Positions 19,336-29,477 of a stretch of 40,713 nucleotides of DNA are shown one piece after another. Below the pieces are notes generated by a model. The model did no database searches. It saw only the letters and a list, made by a program, of their open reading frames with translations, and had not been told where the DNA came from. The stretch is taken from positions 1 through 40,713 of the forward strand of contig CAVYAN010000095.1 in the NCBI GenBank assembly GCA_963766075.1, read 5' to 3'. Position numbers and translations under genes: made by a program. Within the stretch, counting starts at the first letter, position 1, and each line of letters begins with the position of its first letter. Source of the stretch: an uncultured cyanobacterium (lineage in GTDB: Bacteria; Cyanobacteriota; Cyanobacteriia; Leptolyngbyales; Leptolyngbyaceae).

Positions 19336-22112
19336 ATGGGGTCTCCGAATAAGGTTGATGCTGTGACTGGCCTATCTGAGGCAGAGGCGATCGCACGGCT
19401 ACAGCAAGATGGCTACAATGAGCTGTCCTCCGCGCGATCGCGGGGACTATTGGCGATCGCCTGGGACATCGTTCAGGATCCGATCTTTCTCCTGCTGGTA
19501 GGCGGGGGGGTGATTTATTGGGTATTAGGCGATCTCCAGGAAGCTCTGATTTTACTGGGTTTTGTCTTTTTCATCATGGGGATTGGCCTCTACCAAGAAG
19601 GCAAGACTGAACACGCCCTAGAAGCCCTGCGCGATCTGTCTAGCCCACGCGCCTTGGTGATTCGAGAGAGGTCAGCGCAAACGGATTGCAGGGCGAGAAG
19701 TCGTGCGCGGTGAGATCCTGGTGCTGGCCGAGGGCGATCGCGTTCCTGCGGATGCTCTGGTGCTGTCCTGCTCCAATCTTTCTACCGATGAGTCTTTATT
19801 AACCGGAGAATCGCTCCCGGTTCGCAAAGTGGCTGTAGCTAGTGGCGTTTCTAGTACACGCTATCAGTGGCTTTTCCAGTAATTCTGGCAACAAATCTAC
19901 TAATGACTCTACCGATGCCTCTACGAATGACTCGGATGATTCTAAAAATGGCGTTGCCATGGCCCGTCCAGGGGGAGATGATTTGCCGTTTGTGTATTCC
20001 GGGACGCTGGTAGTTCAGGGCCAGGGTATCGCTCAGGTTCAAGCGATCGGCGCTCAAACCGAGATGGGAAAAATTGGCAGCGCCTTGCAAAACGTGAAGT
20101 CAGAAATGACTCCCCTGCAGCGAGAAATGAATCGATTGGTGAGCCGCTTGTTTGGGATTGCGCTAGCGCTGTGCGTGGCGATTGTGGTGATTTATGGATA
20201 TACCACCAGCGATTGGCTGAAAGGTGTACTGGCTGGCATTACCCTGGCTATGGCAATTTTGCCAAATGAATTTCCAGTTGTTGTGACGATTTTCTTAGCC
20301 TTGGGTGCGTGGCGGATTTCTCAAAACCATGTCTTAGCACGGCGGGCTTCCGCAGTGGAAACCTTGGGTTCAGCAACGGTGCTGTGTGTGGATAAAACCG
20401 GAACGCTAACCCTGAATCAAATGGCTGTGCAACAGCTCTTGGCTTATGCCCCGTCAAACGTTGAAAAGGCTTCAGCGGTGGCTTCAGCAGCGGTCCTAGA
20501 AATGGCTCATCCCTATAGCTTGGAACGACACGCCCGCGAACCCTTGCCCGAAGTTGTTCATGAATTGGTGGAATTTTGTATCCTGGCCAGCCAGAAAGAT
20601 CCGTTTGACCCCATGGAGAAAGCGTTTAAGCAATTGGGCGATCGCGATTTAGCCAACACCGAGCATTTGCATAACGATTGGCAACTGTTGCGGGAATATC
20701 CGCTTTCTCCGCAGCTCTTGGCCATGTCTCACGTTTGGCAGTCTGCCGACGGCAAGCAGTATGAAATTGCGGCCAAAGGTGCACCGGAGGCGATCGCCGA
20801 TCTCTGCCATTTCACACCCCTCCAGCAAAAAACTCTGGCCGATCAGGTCAGTGCCATGGCCGATCAAGGATTACGGGTGCTGGGCGTGGCCAAAGCCTCG
20901 CTGCTAGATGCGCCGCTGCCATTTCTGCCCCCCCACCCCTCCCTGGTGCCAGACCATCTGCCCGAACAACAGCACGATTTTCCGTTTCAATTTTTGGGAT
21001 TGGTGGGACTTTCCGATCCCGTGCGGCCCACCGTTGCCGCCGCCATTCAGGAATGTGACACCGCTGGGATTCGAGTCGTGATGATTACGGGGGATTATCC
21101 AGGAACTGCCCAAACCATTGCGCGGCAGATTGGCTTACCGCAAACCGGGGCGATGTTGACCGGGGCGGAACTGGATCACATGAGTGATGCGGAACTTCAG
21201 CAGCATATTCAAAATACCACCATCTTTGCCCGTGCTGTTCCTGAACAAAAGCTCCGCATTGTGAATGCCCTCAAGGCCAAAGGCGAAGTTGTTGCTATGA
21301 CAGGCGATGGTGTGAATGATGCCCCGGCGCTCAAGGCTGCCCAAATTGGGATTGCCATGGGGCAGCACGGCACGGATGTGGCCCGCGAGTCGGCGGCGTT
21401 GGTGCTCTTGGATGATGATTTTTCGTCGATTGTTCAAGCGGTCAAAATTGGACGGCGAATTTTTGATAATCTTCGCAAAGCCATGGCCTATCTGTTGGCG
21501 ATTCATATTCCAATTACGGGGATGTCTTTAATTCCGGTGTTGTTTAAGTTGCCGTTGGTCCTACTGCCTGTGCATGTGGCCTTTTTGCATTTGATCATTG
21601 ATCCCGCCTGCTCAATTGTGCTAGAGGCAGAGCCTGCGGAACCGATGGTGATGCAGCGTCCGCCGCGCCATCCCCAGGAGCCTTTATTTGGACGCAAAAC
21701 GGTGGGCTTGGCCGTGCTGCAAGGGAGCGGTATCCTCGCGGTTGTTTTGGTGATTTTTATGGCTAGTCTATATCGCGGTCAGGGTGAATTGGATGCCCGA
21801 GCGTTAACGTTTACAACGTTGATTTTGGCCAATTTAGGACTCATTTTGAGCGAAAGTTCCACCGCACGCCTCAGTTTGAAAATAGTGCGCTCTCCCAATG
21901 TTGCGCTGCGCTGGGTGATTGGCGGGGGCCTGTTTTTTCTGGCGATCGTGCTTTATGTTCCCTTCTTGCGGCAGTTGTTTAGCTTTTCCTTTTTGCATGC
22001 GATCGACCTGGCCATTTGTTTAGGGGGTGGGGCGATTAGTTTGCTTTGGTTTGAACTATTAAAGGCGCTCAATCGTCCCCACCGCGCGAGACCCCATTCT
22101 GTTGTTCGGTAA
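19336..22112 (+). CDS. Cation-translocating P-type ATPase (type II-like), with two +1 frameshifts (near 19668 and near 19857)
   Basis: N-terminal GLSEAEA...GYNEL. A middle frame (about 19670-19880) encodes GQRKRIAGREVVRGEILVLAEGDRVPAD...DESLLTGES. The last ORF has PNEFP, DKTGT, KGAPE, TGD and GDGVNDAPAL. Confidence 0.9.
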
Positions 22113-22307
22113 ACCGCATGATCTGGAAAATCCCCTCCTGGAACCTTTTCACGTTGTCGGGGTCAATCATTTTAACGATGAGTCACAAATTGATTTGAAA
22201 TCATTTCAGTGGCTGGTATGGGTAACGCTCTGATTGAGGCGCAAATTGCGCTACGCAATCTTGGCGTTGCACAATTTTTTGTCGCGATCTCTCTGGAGCA
22301 ATTTCTT

Positions 22308-23534
22308 ATGTCCCATTCCCCGTTCAAAGCTGGTACTGCCGCCTTAATGATCTGCGGCTTAATGACAGGCACCGTTGCCCCCTGGGTGATGTCTGCTCCG
22401 GCCCTGGCCCAAGCGACCTTTAGCGATGTCCAACCGGGCTACTGGGCCCATGACTTTATTCAAGCCTTAGTGGCGCGGGGTGTCATTGCGGGCTTCCCCG
22501 ATGGCAGTTTCCGCCCCGATGAACCCGTTACCCGTGCCCAATTCGCAGCCATGGTGCGAAAAGCCTTTAACAAGTCTGCCATCCGCAGCGGTGTCCAATT
22601 CGAGGATGTTTCCAGCAGTTATTGGGCTGCTTCTGCGATTCAGCAGGCATACACGACGGGGTTTCTATCGGGCTACCCCGGTAACATCTTCCGTCCAGAG
22701 CAAAACATTCCCCGGGGCCAAGTGCTGGTTTCTCTGGCCAGTGGGTTGGAGTATGACAGCACCAGTACCACCGCCCTGTCCGCTTTTGCTGATGCAGGGG
22801 AAATTCCAGCCTATGCCCAAAGCAAAATTGCGGCGGCTACCCAACGCCAAATCGTCGTTAACTATCCCACTGTGAGCCAACTTGCCCCCAACCAAACTGC
22901 TACTCGCGCTGATGTGGCTGCGTTTATCTACCAAGCGTTGGTGAGTTCCGGCCAAGCTGCAGCCATTCAGTCTGCTTATATCGTCGGCCAAGCGACACCC
23001 GTGCCACAGGCCGTGAAAATTCCTGCGGGGACGGCTATTCCCCTCCGCTACGAGCAGGCGCAGAAAATTCTGCTGTCACCCAATGAGCCTAAGCCCGCGC
23101 CCTTGACCCTGGTGGTTTCCCAAAACATCGTGACAGCCCAAGGGCGTGTGCTGATTCCCGCTGGCAGCCAGGTGGCGGGAGAATTGCAAACGGTGGCAGG
23201 CGGTGCGCAATTTGTTGCTAATACCATTACCTTGCCGAATGGCCAAAGCTTTCCGGTGAATGCCACCTCTAATCTGGTTAGCACTACGGAAACGATCCGC
23301 AAAGGAGCTACCACCGGCAAAATTATTGCTGGAACGGTGGTTGGGGCGGGCGCGGCGGCGGCGATTGCGGGCGTGACGGGCGATCGCACCATCAAGGCCG
23401 AAGAAGTACTGGGCGGTGCGGCAGTGGGGGCTTTGGCCAGTGTCCTGCTGGGGCGCGATAGCGTCGAGTTGATCGTGATCAACCCCAATACGGACCTCAA
23501 CCTCACTCTGGGCTCGGACTTAGTGTTTCAGTAG
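22308..23534 (+). CDS. S-layer homology (SLH) domain protein
   Basis: Signal peptide ending ALAQA; three SLH repeats (FSDV...TRAQFA, FEDV...PRGQV, FADA...TRADVA); C-terminal glycine-rich hydrophobic hairpin. Confidence 0.9.
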   Translation: MSHSPFKAGTAALMICGLMTGTVAPWVMSAPALAQATFSDVQPGYWAHDFIQALVARGVIAGFPDGSFRPDEPVTRAQFAAMVRKAFNKSAIRSGVQFEDVSSSYWAASAIQQAYTTGFLSGYPGNIFRPEQNIPRGQVLVSLASGLEYDSTSTTALSAFADAGEIPAYAQSKIAAATQRQIVVNYPTVSQLAPNQTATRADVAAFIYQALVSSGQAAAIQSAYIVGQATPVPQAVKIPAGTAIPLRYEQAQKILLSPNEPKPAPLTLVVSQNIVTAQGRVLIPAGSQVAGELQTVAGGAQFVANTITLPNGQSFPVNATSNLVSTTETIRKGATTGKIIAGTVVGAGAAAAIAGVTGDRTIKAEEVLGGAAVGALASVLLGRDSVELIVINPNTDLNLTLGSDLVFQ

Positions 23535-23608
23535 TGTGTTTCAGTGGCGTTGATGAAATGGGGCAATTGGGAATGGGTCGTGTGGCAAGCATAGGGCAGT
23601 TCTCTAGC

Positions 23609-25021
23609 CTATGCTTGCCACACTTCTAACCGCACCACAAAGGTTGTGCCTCTCCCGGCCCTGCCGGGACTGATGACATCGATTTCGCCATGCATTTGGT
23701 CGATAAGCGCTTTTGCGATCGCCAGTCCCAGGCCAGTTCCGGGAATATCGGTTTGGGCCTGCACCCCCCGATAGTGCCGTTCAAACAGGTGGGCCAAATC
23801 TTCGGGCGGAATTCCCGGCCCAGTGTCGCTAATGGCAATTTCGACCCAGGCATCTTCTTCGTCCACGGCAAGGACAGGCAACTGTCGCCCTTGAACCCAC
23901 ACTTGTCCGCCTGCGGGCGTGTACTTCAGTGCGTTTTCAATGAGGTTGTTGAGCACTTCCCGCAGTGCCTGGGGATTGGCCCAGACGGTGGCTAGCGGAT
24001 CGGCAATCTCGGCGTGGAGGGTGAGGTTGCGGTCTTGGGCGATCGCCTGGGCCGATGCCAGCAGGGGACCCAGTACTGAGGTGACTTGGACAGCCCTCAG
24101 GGGTACCGGAGTCTGCAAGCCCGCTACGGGAAAAGCCGAGACTGTAATCACTTCCTGGGGCTGTGATGTCAGCGCTCCCAGGGTGTCCGGGGGCGAAACA
24201 CCAGGCGGTAAGGCCAAGGGTTCTGCCCCGGCAACATCCACCTGGCTAAGGGTGGCTAATTCCTGAGCCAACTCTTGGAGGCGCTCGGTTTCACGGACGA
24301 TACTGGCGGCAATGTTTTGGTTGGCGTCTCCGGGCAACAGTCGCTTTAGCACCAGTTTGCCAAAGGTTTGCAGCGCCGTAATTGAATTGCGGAACTGGTG
24401 GAGCAAATTATCGGTGGCATTGTGCTGCTGGGCGCGCAGGAGGCGCTGCTGCTGCTGGGTTTGCTCCAGCCATTGGTAGCGTTGGTCGAGCACACAGGCA
24501 ATGGCAATGGTGTTGGCAATCTGTTCAATTTGGGATTGCTCCCAGGGAATCCAGTCGCGATCGTCGCGTCCGGTCACCAGCAGTCCCAACACTACTTGTT
24601 CGTGCATCAGTGGTAAAACCAACTGATACTGGGCGGATCCGCCTGGAGCCGTGGCGTCTCGATAGGCCGCCGCATCAATTGGGGGATCAACCCCTTCTGA
24701 GAGATAATCCCAATCCTGGCCTTGTAAGGTCCGATTGATGGTGGGTGTGGACTCCCGGAGGGTCGGTGGCCCCGCGCCCAACAAGCGGCGTGTGGACTGC
24801 GGCAGGCCCTGATCCATCAATCGGATGGGCACCCCATTTTGGCCCACCCAATCGGCGGCAGATTCAGGATGTGCGACTACGGACACTAATTCTGAGTCGG
24901 CTCCTTCTGCCATCTGCTGGGTCAAATATACGACACTCAGGGATGCCCCCACACCTTGGGTGAGGAGTGCGACTTGGGCACGACAGAGGGCCACAAATTC
25001 GGGGCCAACAGGAAGCAGCAT
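23609..25021 (-). CDS. hik2: GAF sensor histidine kinase Hik2 (CSK homologue)
   Basis: N-terminus EFVALCRAQVALLTQG...SVVYLT is characteristic of Hik2; H-box LLHQFRN, NLIENALKYT, DTGPGI and GTGLGL. Confidence 0.8.
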   Translation of the reverse strand: MLLPVGPEFVALCRAQVALLTQGVGASLSVVYLTQQMAEGADSELVSVVAHPESAADWVGQNGVPIRLMDQGLPQSTRRLLGAGPPTLRESTPTINRTLQGQDWDYLSEGVDPPIDAAAYRDATAPGGSAQYQLVLPLMHEQVVLGLLVTGRDDRDWIPWEQSQIEQIANTIAIACVLDQRYQWLEQTQQQQRLLRAQQHNATDNLLHQFRNSITALQTFGKLVLKRLLPGDANQNIAASIVRETERLQELAQELATLSQVDVAGAEPLALPPGVSPPDTLGALTSQPQEVITVSAFPVAGLQTPVPLRAVQVTSVLGPLLASAQAIAQDRNLTLHAEIADPLATVWANPQALREVLNNLIENALKYTPAGGQVWVQGRQLPVLAVDEEDAWVEIAISDTGPGIPPEDLAHLFERHYRGVQAQTDIPGTGLGLAIAKALIDQMHGEIDVISPGRAGRGTTFVVRLEVWQA

Positions 25022-25162
25022 GAAGGCAATTCTTAATTTTGTGTAAAGTTAGATGAAGCACCCGTCACACGAAACTCTTAAAAGACTGTAAAGTGAGTGT
25101 TGGGCGGAACCTGAGACTTCTTTAGGTCAGCTTAAGGTTTTGTATCAATCGGTTAACACGAG

Positions 25163-25218
25163 TTGAAATTTATAACCAGAGCCGATATACTTGGCCACGG
25201 TTTTGTAACTACGACTAC
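25163..25218 (+). promoter_or_regulatory. Sigma70-type promoter followed by an NtcA-like site
   Basis: TTGAAA (25163-25168), 17 bp, TATACT (25186-25191); tGTA-actacgac-TACa at 25205-25218 matches GTA-N8-TAC. Confidence 0.5.
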
Positions 25219-25252
25219 AACTTCTGTGTCTTAAAAGAAGGGGGTAAAGGGA

Positions 25253-25573
25253 TTGGCTAGGAGACGTAAGCGCAAGAGCCGCCGCCGGCAAGAAGGTCGC
25301 AGAATTCTCGAGAATGTACCTCAATACAGTATCGAGTGTGGGGAAGATAAGCCCGTCACTGCGGCTCGGAAATTTATCCAGTCAGAAGGTATTTTGCCAC
25401 CCGCCTTGCTCTTGGTGAAGCGGAATGAGCATACCACGGATCGGTACTTCTGGGCTGAAAAGGGTTTGTTTGGTGCTCAGTACGTTGAAGAGAATCATTT
25501 TCTGTTCCCCAGTTTGAGACCATCCGAAGATGAAGAAGCGGAGGATTTTGCTTTAGCCGGTCGGAGCCATTGA
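25253..25573 (+). CDS. Conserved cyanobacterial protein (DUF3155-like)
   Basis: MARRRKRKSRRRQEGRRILE...TTDRYFWAEKGLFGAQY; TTG start. Confidence 0.85.
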   Translation: MARRRKRKSRRRQEGRRILENVPQYSIECGEDKPVTAARKFIQSEGILPPALLLVKRNEHTTDRYFWAEKGLFGAQYVEENHFLFPSLRPSEDEEAEDFALAGRSH

Positions 25574-25734
25574 TTTAGGGCTGACCTGATAGGGCATTAA
25601 CGTTCAAGTCGATAAGGGTTTTGAAGTTCACAGGACTTGAAACCAGACCCTATTCTGCCTTGTTTTAGGGGAAGACTAGGGACGACAGCATTGCCTGTTG
25701 GTTTAACGGGTTTGTGTTGCGTGGGTTCAAGTTT

Positions 25735-25776
25735 AACCCCAGGGGGAGGTGGCGATCGCCACCTCCCCCTGGGGTT
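25735..25776. terminator. 42-bp perfect palindrome centred on HIP1; likely bidirectional terminator
   Basis: AACCCCAGGGGGAGGTGGCGA|TCGCCACCTCCCCCTGGGGTT between convergent genes, followed by a T-rich tract on the + strand. Confidence 0.7.
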
Positions 25777-25806
25777 TCATTTTTCATAGGACTGCTTAGA
25801 TGTTTT

Positions 25807-26370
25807 TCAAGATGCGGAGTCCGGCTCAATCACCGCCAAGGAGAGCGATCGCTGCAAGGCCGCCAATTCATCCCGATGCCCCGTGATCACCAGTACGCTT
25901 TGCTCAAGCGTGGGTTCTCCAGTTCCCGATGCCCCTAGCCAGGGCTTTACCCGCAACAAGACACTTTCTGATCGCCCTGCTCCTCGCCAATAAAACAGCC
26001 CTGCTAGGGGGCCAATCGCCACCAATCCCCAAACCAACGGTGTCCCATCCGGGAAGAGCATTCCCAAGACCAGTGCCAAGCATAGGCCACCCGCCGCTGC
26101 CAATCCACTCAGAAAAATCGCTAAAAACCAACTGGGGCGCACAATTCCCTCCCATCGTACCGTCTGCTGGGCTGCATCCACCGCCGCCACACGATACGCC
26201 CGCTGGGCGAAATATTGTTGCAATTGCTCTAGGTCAGATTCCTGAGAGGAACTGGAGAGGAACTGGACCTGCTCAATCCGATCTTTAATTGATGCCCGTA
26301 TGAAAAAAAACAGGCCAACGAGCAGCAGCAGCGTTAGCAAAAAAGTAGAGTTTAGAACAGTATTATCCAT
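25807..26370 (-). CDS. ccb1: Cofactor assembly of complex C subunit B (Ccb1/DUF3529-like)
   Basis: STFLLTLLLLVGLFFFIRASIKDR, VRPSWFLAIFL, FYWRGAGR and GHRDEL. Confidence 0.8.
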   Translation of the reverse strand: MDNTVLNSTFLLTLLLLVGLFFFIRASIKDRIEQVQFLSSSSQESDLEQLQQYFAQRAYRVAAVDAAQQTVRWEGIVRPSWFLAIFLSGLAAAGGLCLALVLGMLFPDGTPLVWGLVAIGPLAGLFYWRGAGRSESVLLRVKPWLGASGTGEPTLEQSVLVITGHRDELAALQRSLSLAVIEPDSAS

Positions 26371-26579
26371 TGCTAGCCCGTGGGTATCTTCTGCCAGTCT
26401 ACGGTGTAGTGGGCATCGTGGATAGACCAATAGGCTAGACAGATACTAGAAAGCTGGACTAACAAAAAAGAAAAACTGGCCTAACAAAACACTGGACGAG
26501 TAGCCTAACAGATAGGGGACACATCAACATGTGCCCCCTATAGGCGGATCCTCGATGTATCGAGGGTTGCCGGTCTGCC

Positions 26580-26969
26580 TTAGGAATTACTGGCTATCCC
26601 ATTAGCCTGGGGCAAATGATGACGACTGCCAACATAGTCAGTCCAGAGTTGTGTCAAGTCGCGGGCTTTGGCGGAGGTTTCTGCTTTGATTTGATACATC
26701 CGACGAGGACGACCCCGTCCTTCTACTTTTTTCCAGTAGCCGGTAATCATGTCCTCTTCTTCCAAAAACCGGAGTGCGCTATAAAGCACCGTATCAGAGA
26801 GCCGATACGCAGGGTGCTCGCGTTCTAGGAGCTGAATCAGCTCTGTTCCGTAGGAATCGCCTCGCGACAACACCGCCAGAACATAGCATACCGCCAACTC
26901 CTTATTCAGGTAGAACGGCGGCGGCGCACTGAAAAATTGATAAATATCCTCAAACTTCATCTTTGCCAT
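26580..26969 (-). CDS. pex: PadR-family regulator Pex (circadian period extender)
   Basis: MKFEDIYQFF...YLNKELAVCYVL...DSYGTELI...LSDTVLYSALRFLE...GRGRPRRMY. Start at 26969 or 26960. Confidence 0.85.
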   Translation of the reverse strand: MAKMKFEDIYQFFSAPPPFYLNKELAVCYVLAVLSRGDSYGTELIQLLEREHPAYRLSDTVLYSALRFLEEEDMITGYWKKVEGRGRPRRMYQIKAETSAKARDLTQLWTDYVGSRHHLPQANGIASNS

Positions 26970-27759
26970 GGGATCAACACGAATAAGGATTCTCTCAGAC
27001 TTTCTAACTTGGAGCGTACTTTCTAACTGAGTGCAATCTCGTGATCGGTGTCGATCGCAGAATTGCATAGCGTTAAACAGTCGCGTCAGCACAGATATGA
27101 AACAACTGCCCGTAAGCCCCACTTTATAACGTACTTTCGTCGATTTGTGTAGATTTTGTTGTGGGAAATTTTGTGGGCATGGTTCCGGGGATTGGGCGAC
27201 GAATCAACATCGGGGAGGAGGTGAGTAATATCTCAGCATGAAAGCCTCTTTTACAGGCTTGATCTCGACTAAAACTGTCCTGCCGACTGATAAGCTGGAC
27301 CATGACAGACAGTTAAGACCTAAAAACGATTTGGTTAAGAAAAATATATAAAAGAAAGCCTTTCTCCGCGTTTGTCCGCGACATAGGCCCGATTGCTGGG
27401 GCTAAAATGAGTGGCAGGTGAAATGCTAATTTGATTAGGATTAGGGTTGATTGGGATGGCCTGAAATCACGCTAGGCTTTGGGACTGGCACGTGTGCTGC
27501 CTTCTAAGATGGGCATCTGCCAAAATAAGCTCAACTCCTGAAACTAAGCTCAACTTTAAGTTCAACTCAATGATGACTGAACCGCAGGCTTGGAGGTCTG
27601 CCACGATCGCGTTGTGATCAGGCAAGCTGTAACGATCAGCATGTCACTCTGTTGCAGGCGATCGCCTGACTTAATTCATCGCCTTGACTTAATTCTAAGC
27701 ACAGATTCAAAAAGTGAACATCTGGCGGACGAAAATTTACGCTCCGACACAGAACCCGC

Positions 27760-28437
27760 TTAAGCAACCAAGCCCGATCGCAGCGCGACCACTGCGGCCT
27801 GTACGCGATCATCCACGGCCAGCTTGTTCATAATGCCGCGAATGTGAGTTTTGACTGTATTGGGGCTGAGATACAGGGCGGTGGCGATCTCGGGGTTACT
27901 CAACCCGTCTACCATCAACTTCAATACCTCCATTTCGCGTCCGGATAGTGGGGCGAGATGGGGGGTGGGAGCAGGAGGTTTGAGGTGTTCGATAATGCGC
28001 CGCGCAATTTGGGGATCGAGGTAGGTGGCCCCGTCTTGGGCGGCGGCGATCGCCACCAGTAACCGTTCCACATTTGTGCCTTTAATGCAGTAGGCGTCGG
28101 CTCCACTGGCGAGTGCGGCAATCACCTCGGTTTCCGTGGTGTGGGAGGTAAGCATCACAATGCGGGTAGTGGGTAGGGCGGTCTTGATCTGCTGGGTGGC
28201 GGCAATGCCATCCAATCGCGGTAAGCCAATGTCCATCACGACGACATCGGGCTGTAATCGCAGGGCTGCTTCTACCCCCAGATAGCCATCTGTGGCTTGT
28301 CCCACAACGGTGAGGCCGGAATGATCGCTGAGGGACTGTTCTAGGCCCAGTTGCATCATCGGGTCATCTTCAACAATCAAAACCCTGAGGCGGGGAGTCT
28401 CCGGTGTCGCTGCTGGAGAAAGAATTTGATCCGTCAT
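27760..28437 (-). CDS. NarL/LuxR-family response regulator
   Basis: VLIVEDD, VMDIGLP and YCIKG receiver residues; LSGREMEVL...TVKTHIRGIMNKL HTH. Confidence 0.93.
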   Translation of the reverse strand: MTDQILSPAATPETPRLRVLIVEDDPMMQLGLEQSLSDHSGLTVVGQATDGYLGVEAALRLQPDVVVMDIGLPRLDGIAATQQIKTALPTTRIVMLTSHTTETEVIAALASGADAYCIKGTNVERLLVAIAAAQDGATYLDPQIARRIIEHLKPPAPTPHLAPLSGREMEVLKLMVDGLSNPEIATALYLSPNTVKTHIRGIMNKLAVDDRVQAAVVALRSGLVA

Positions 28438-28557
28438 AGAGCGTAGGTTTGAGAGAACGAGTTTTGGGAGAACGCGTTTCGGGAGAACACGCTGCACTCT
28501 GAGTAAATCACGGGCGGTAGAGAAAGGGAACGAATCTTAAGGCATGTCCACTAAGAC

Positions 28558-28612
28558 CCGCCATTTTCTAGGAAACCTTTTTAGGAAATCACCCATTTAT
28601 AGAAAATGGCGG
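28558..28612. repeat. 13-bp perfect inverted repeat with 29-bp spacer in a divergent intergenic region
   Basis: CCGCCATTTTCTA (28558-28570) ... TAGAAAATGGCGG (28600-28612). Confidence 0.7.
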
Positions 28613-28833
28613 CACGACGGAAAGGCTCGGGAGGAGGGGAACCGAGTATGATGAATCTGCTGTACTAAATGGATCTGGTGCGGTACCCATCGGATTTTTG
28701 CAGCCTAGTCGTTGGACGGTCTAGAGCCTAGTCGTTAGGACGCTCTAGGACTAAGGCGCTCTAAATCTAAGATGATCCAAGTCTAAGATGATCCAAGACC
28801 TTGCCCTCTGCATTCGTTCAATTCCTCAGGATT

Positions 28834-29406
28834 ATGGCTAATCGTTCGGACCTCACGTCGCCTTCTACTAATGTGCAGCAAATTGCCAAAACCTTCCGGC
28901 AGACTGGCTGGATCAGTTTTTGGGTGCAGTTGGTGCTGGCGGTTGTTTCCAGCATTATTTTGCTGTTTGCGATCGCCCTGAGTAGTCAAAATCGGGGCAC
29001 CAGTACGCCAAGCACCGGCATTGGGGTCGCGGTGACCTTGATGGGCATTGGTGTATTAGGGTTCAACATGTATTGGGCGTTGTTTCGCTATGTGGCGATC
29101 GGCAAAAAGCTGGGCGGCAACCCGGCCACTCGGCCCAAAAAGTCAGACACCATTCAAGCGATTCGCACAGGGTTGATCGCCAGCTTGGCCGGTATTCTGC
29201 TGTCGCTAGTGGGGGCCCAGGCCACGGTCGGCCTATTGGCGGCCAAGGCGTTTAGCCAGGGGGTCGGGGGTTTTGTCAATACCGACGCCAGCAAGTTTAT
29301 TCAACCTTTGGATGTGCTGGTGGTCCAAGCGAGCACGAATGTAATTTTGGCTCAGTTTGCCGGGATCGTGGCGGCATTGTGGCTGTTGAATCGGATGAGT
29401 CGGTGA
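28834..29406 (+). CDS. DUF3611-like membrane protein (Tic21/PIC1-related)
   Basis: GWISFWVQLVL, GAQATVGLL..KA and IQPLDVLVVQASTN..LAQF.G. Confidence 0.8.
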   Translation: MANRSDLTSPSTNVQQIAKTFRQTGWISFWVQLVLAVVSSIILLFAIALSSQNRGTSTPSTGIGVAVTLMGIGVLGFNMYWALFRYVAIGKKLGGNPATRPKKSDTIQAIRTGLIASLAGILLSLVGAQATVGLLAAKAFSQGVGGFVNTDASKFIQPLDVLVVQASTNVILAQFAGIVAALWLLNRMSR

Positions 29407-29477
29407 CTGGGGAAAGGCAGGCGGGGCATCGAGCGCCTAGCGGGTACTCATGCTTAGCGGTAACGCATCAGGGGTTG

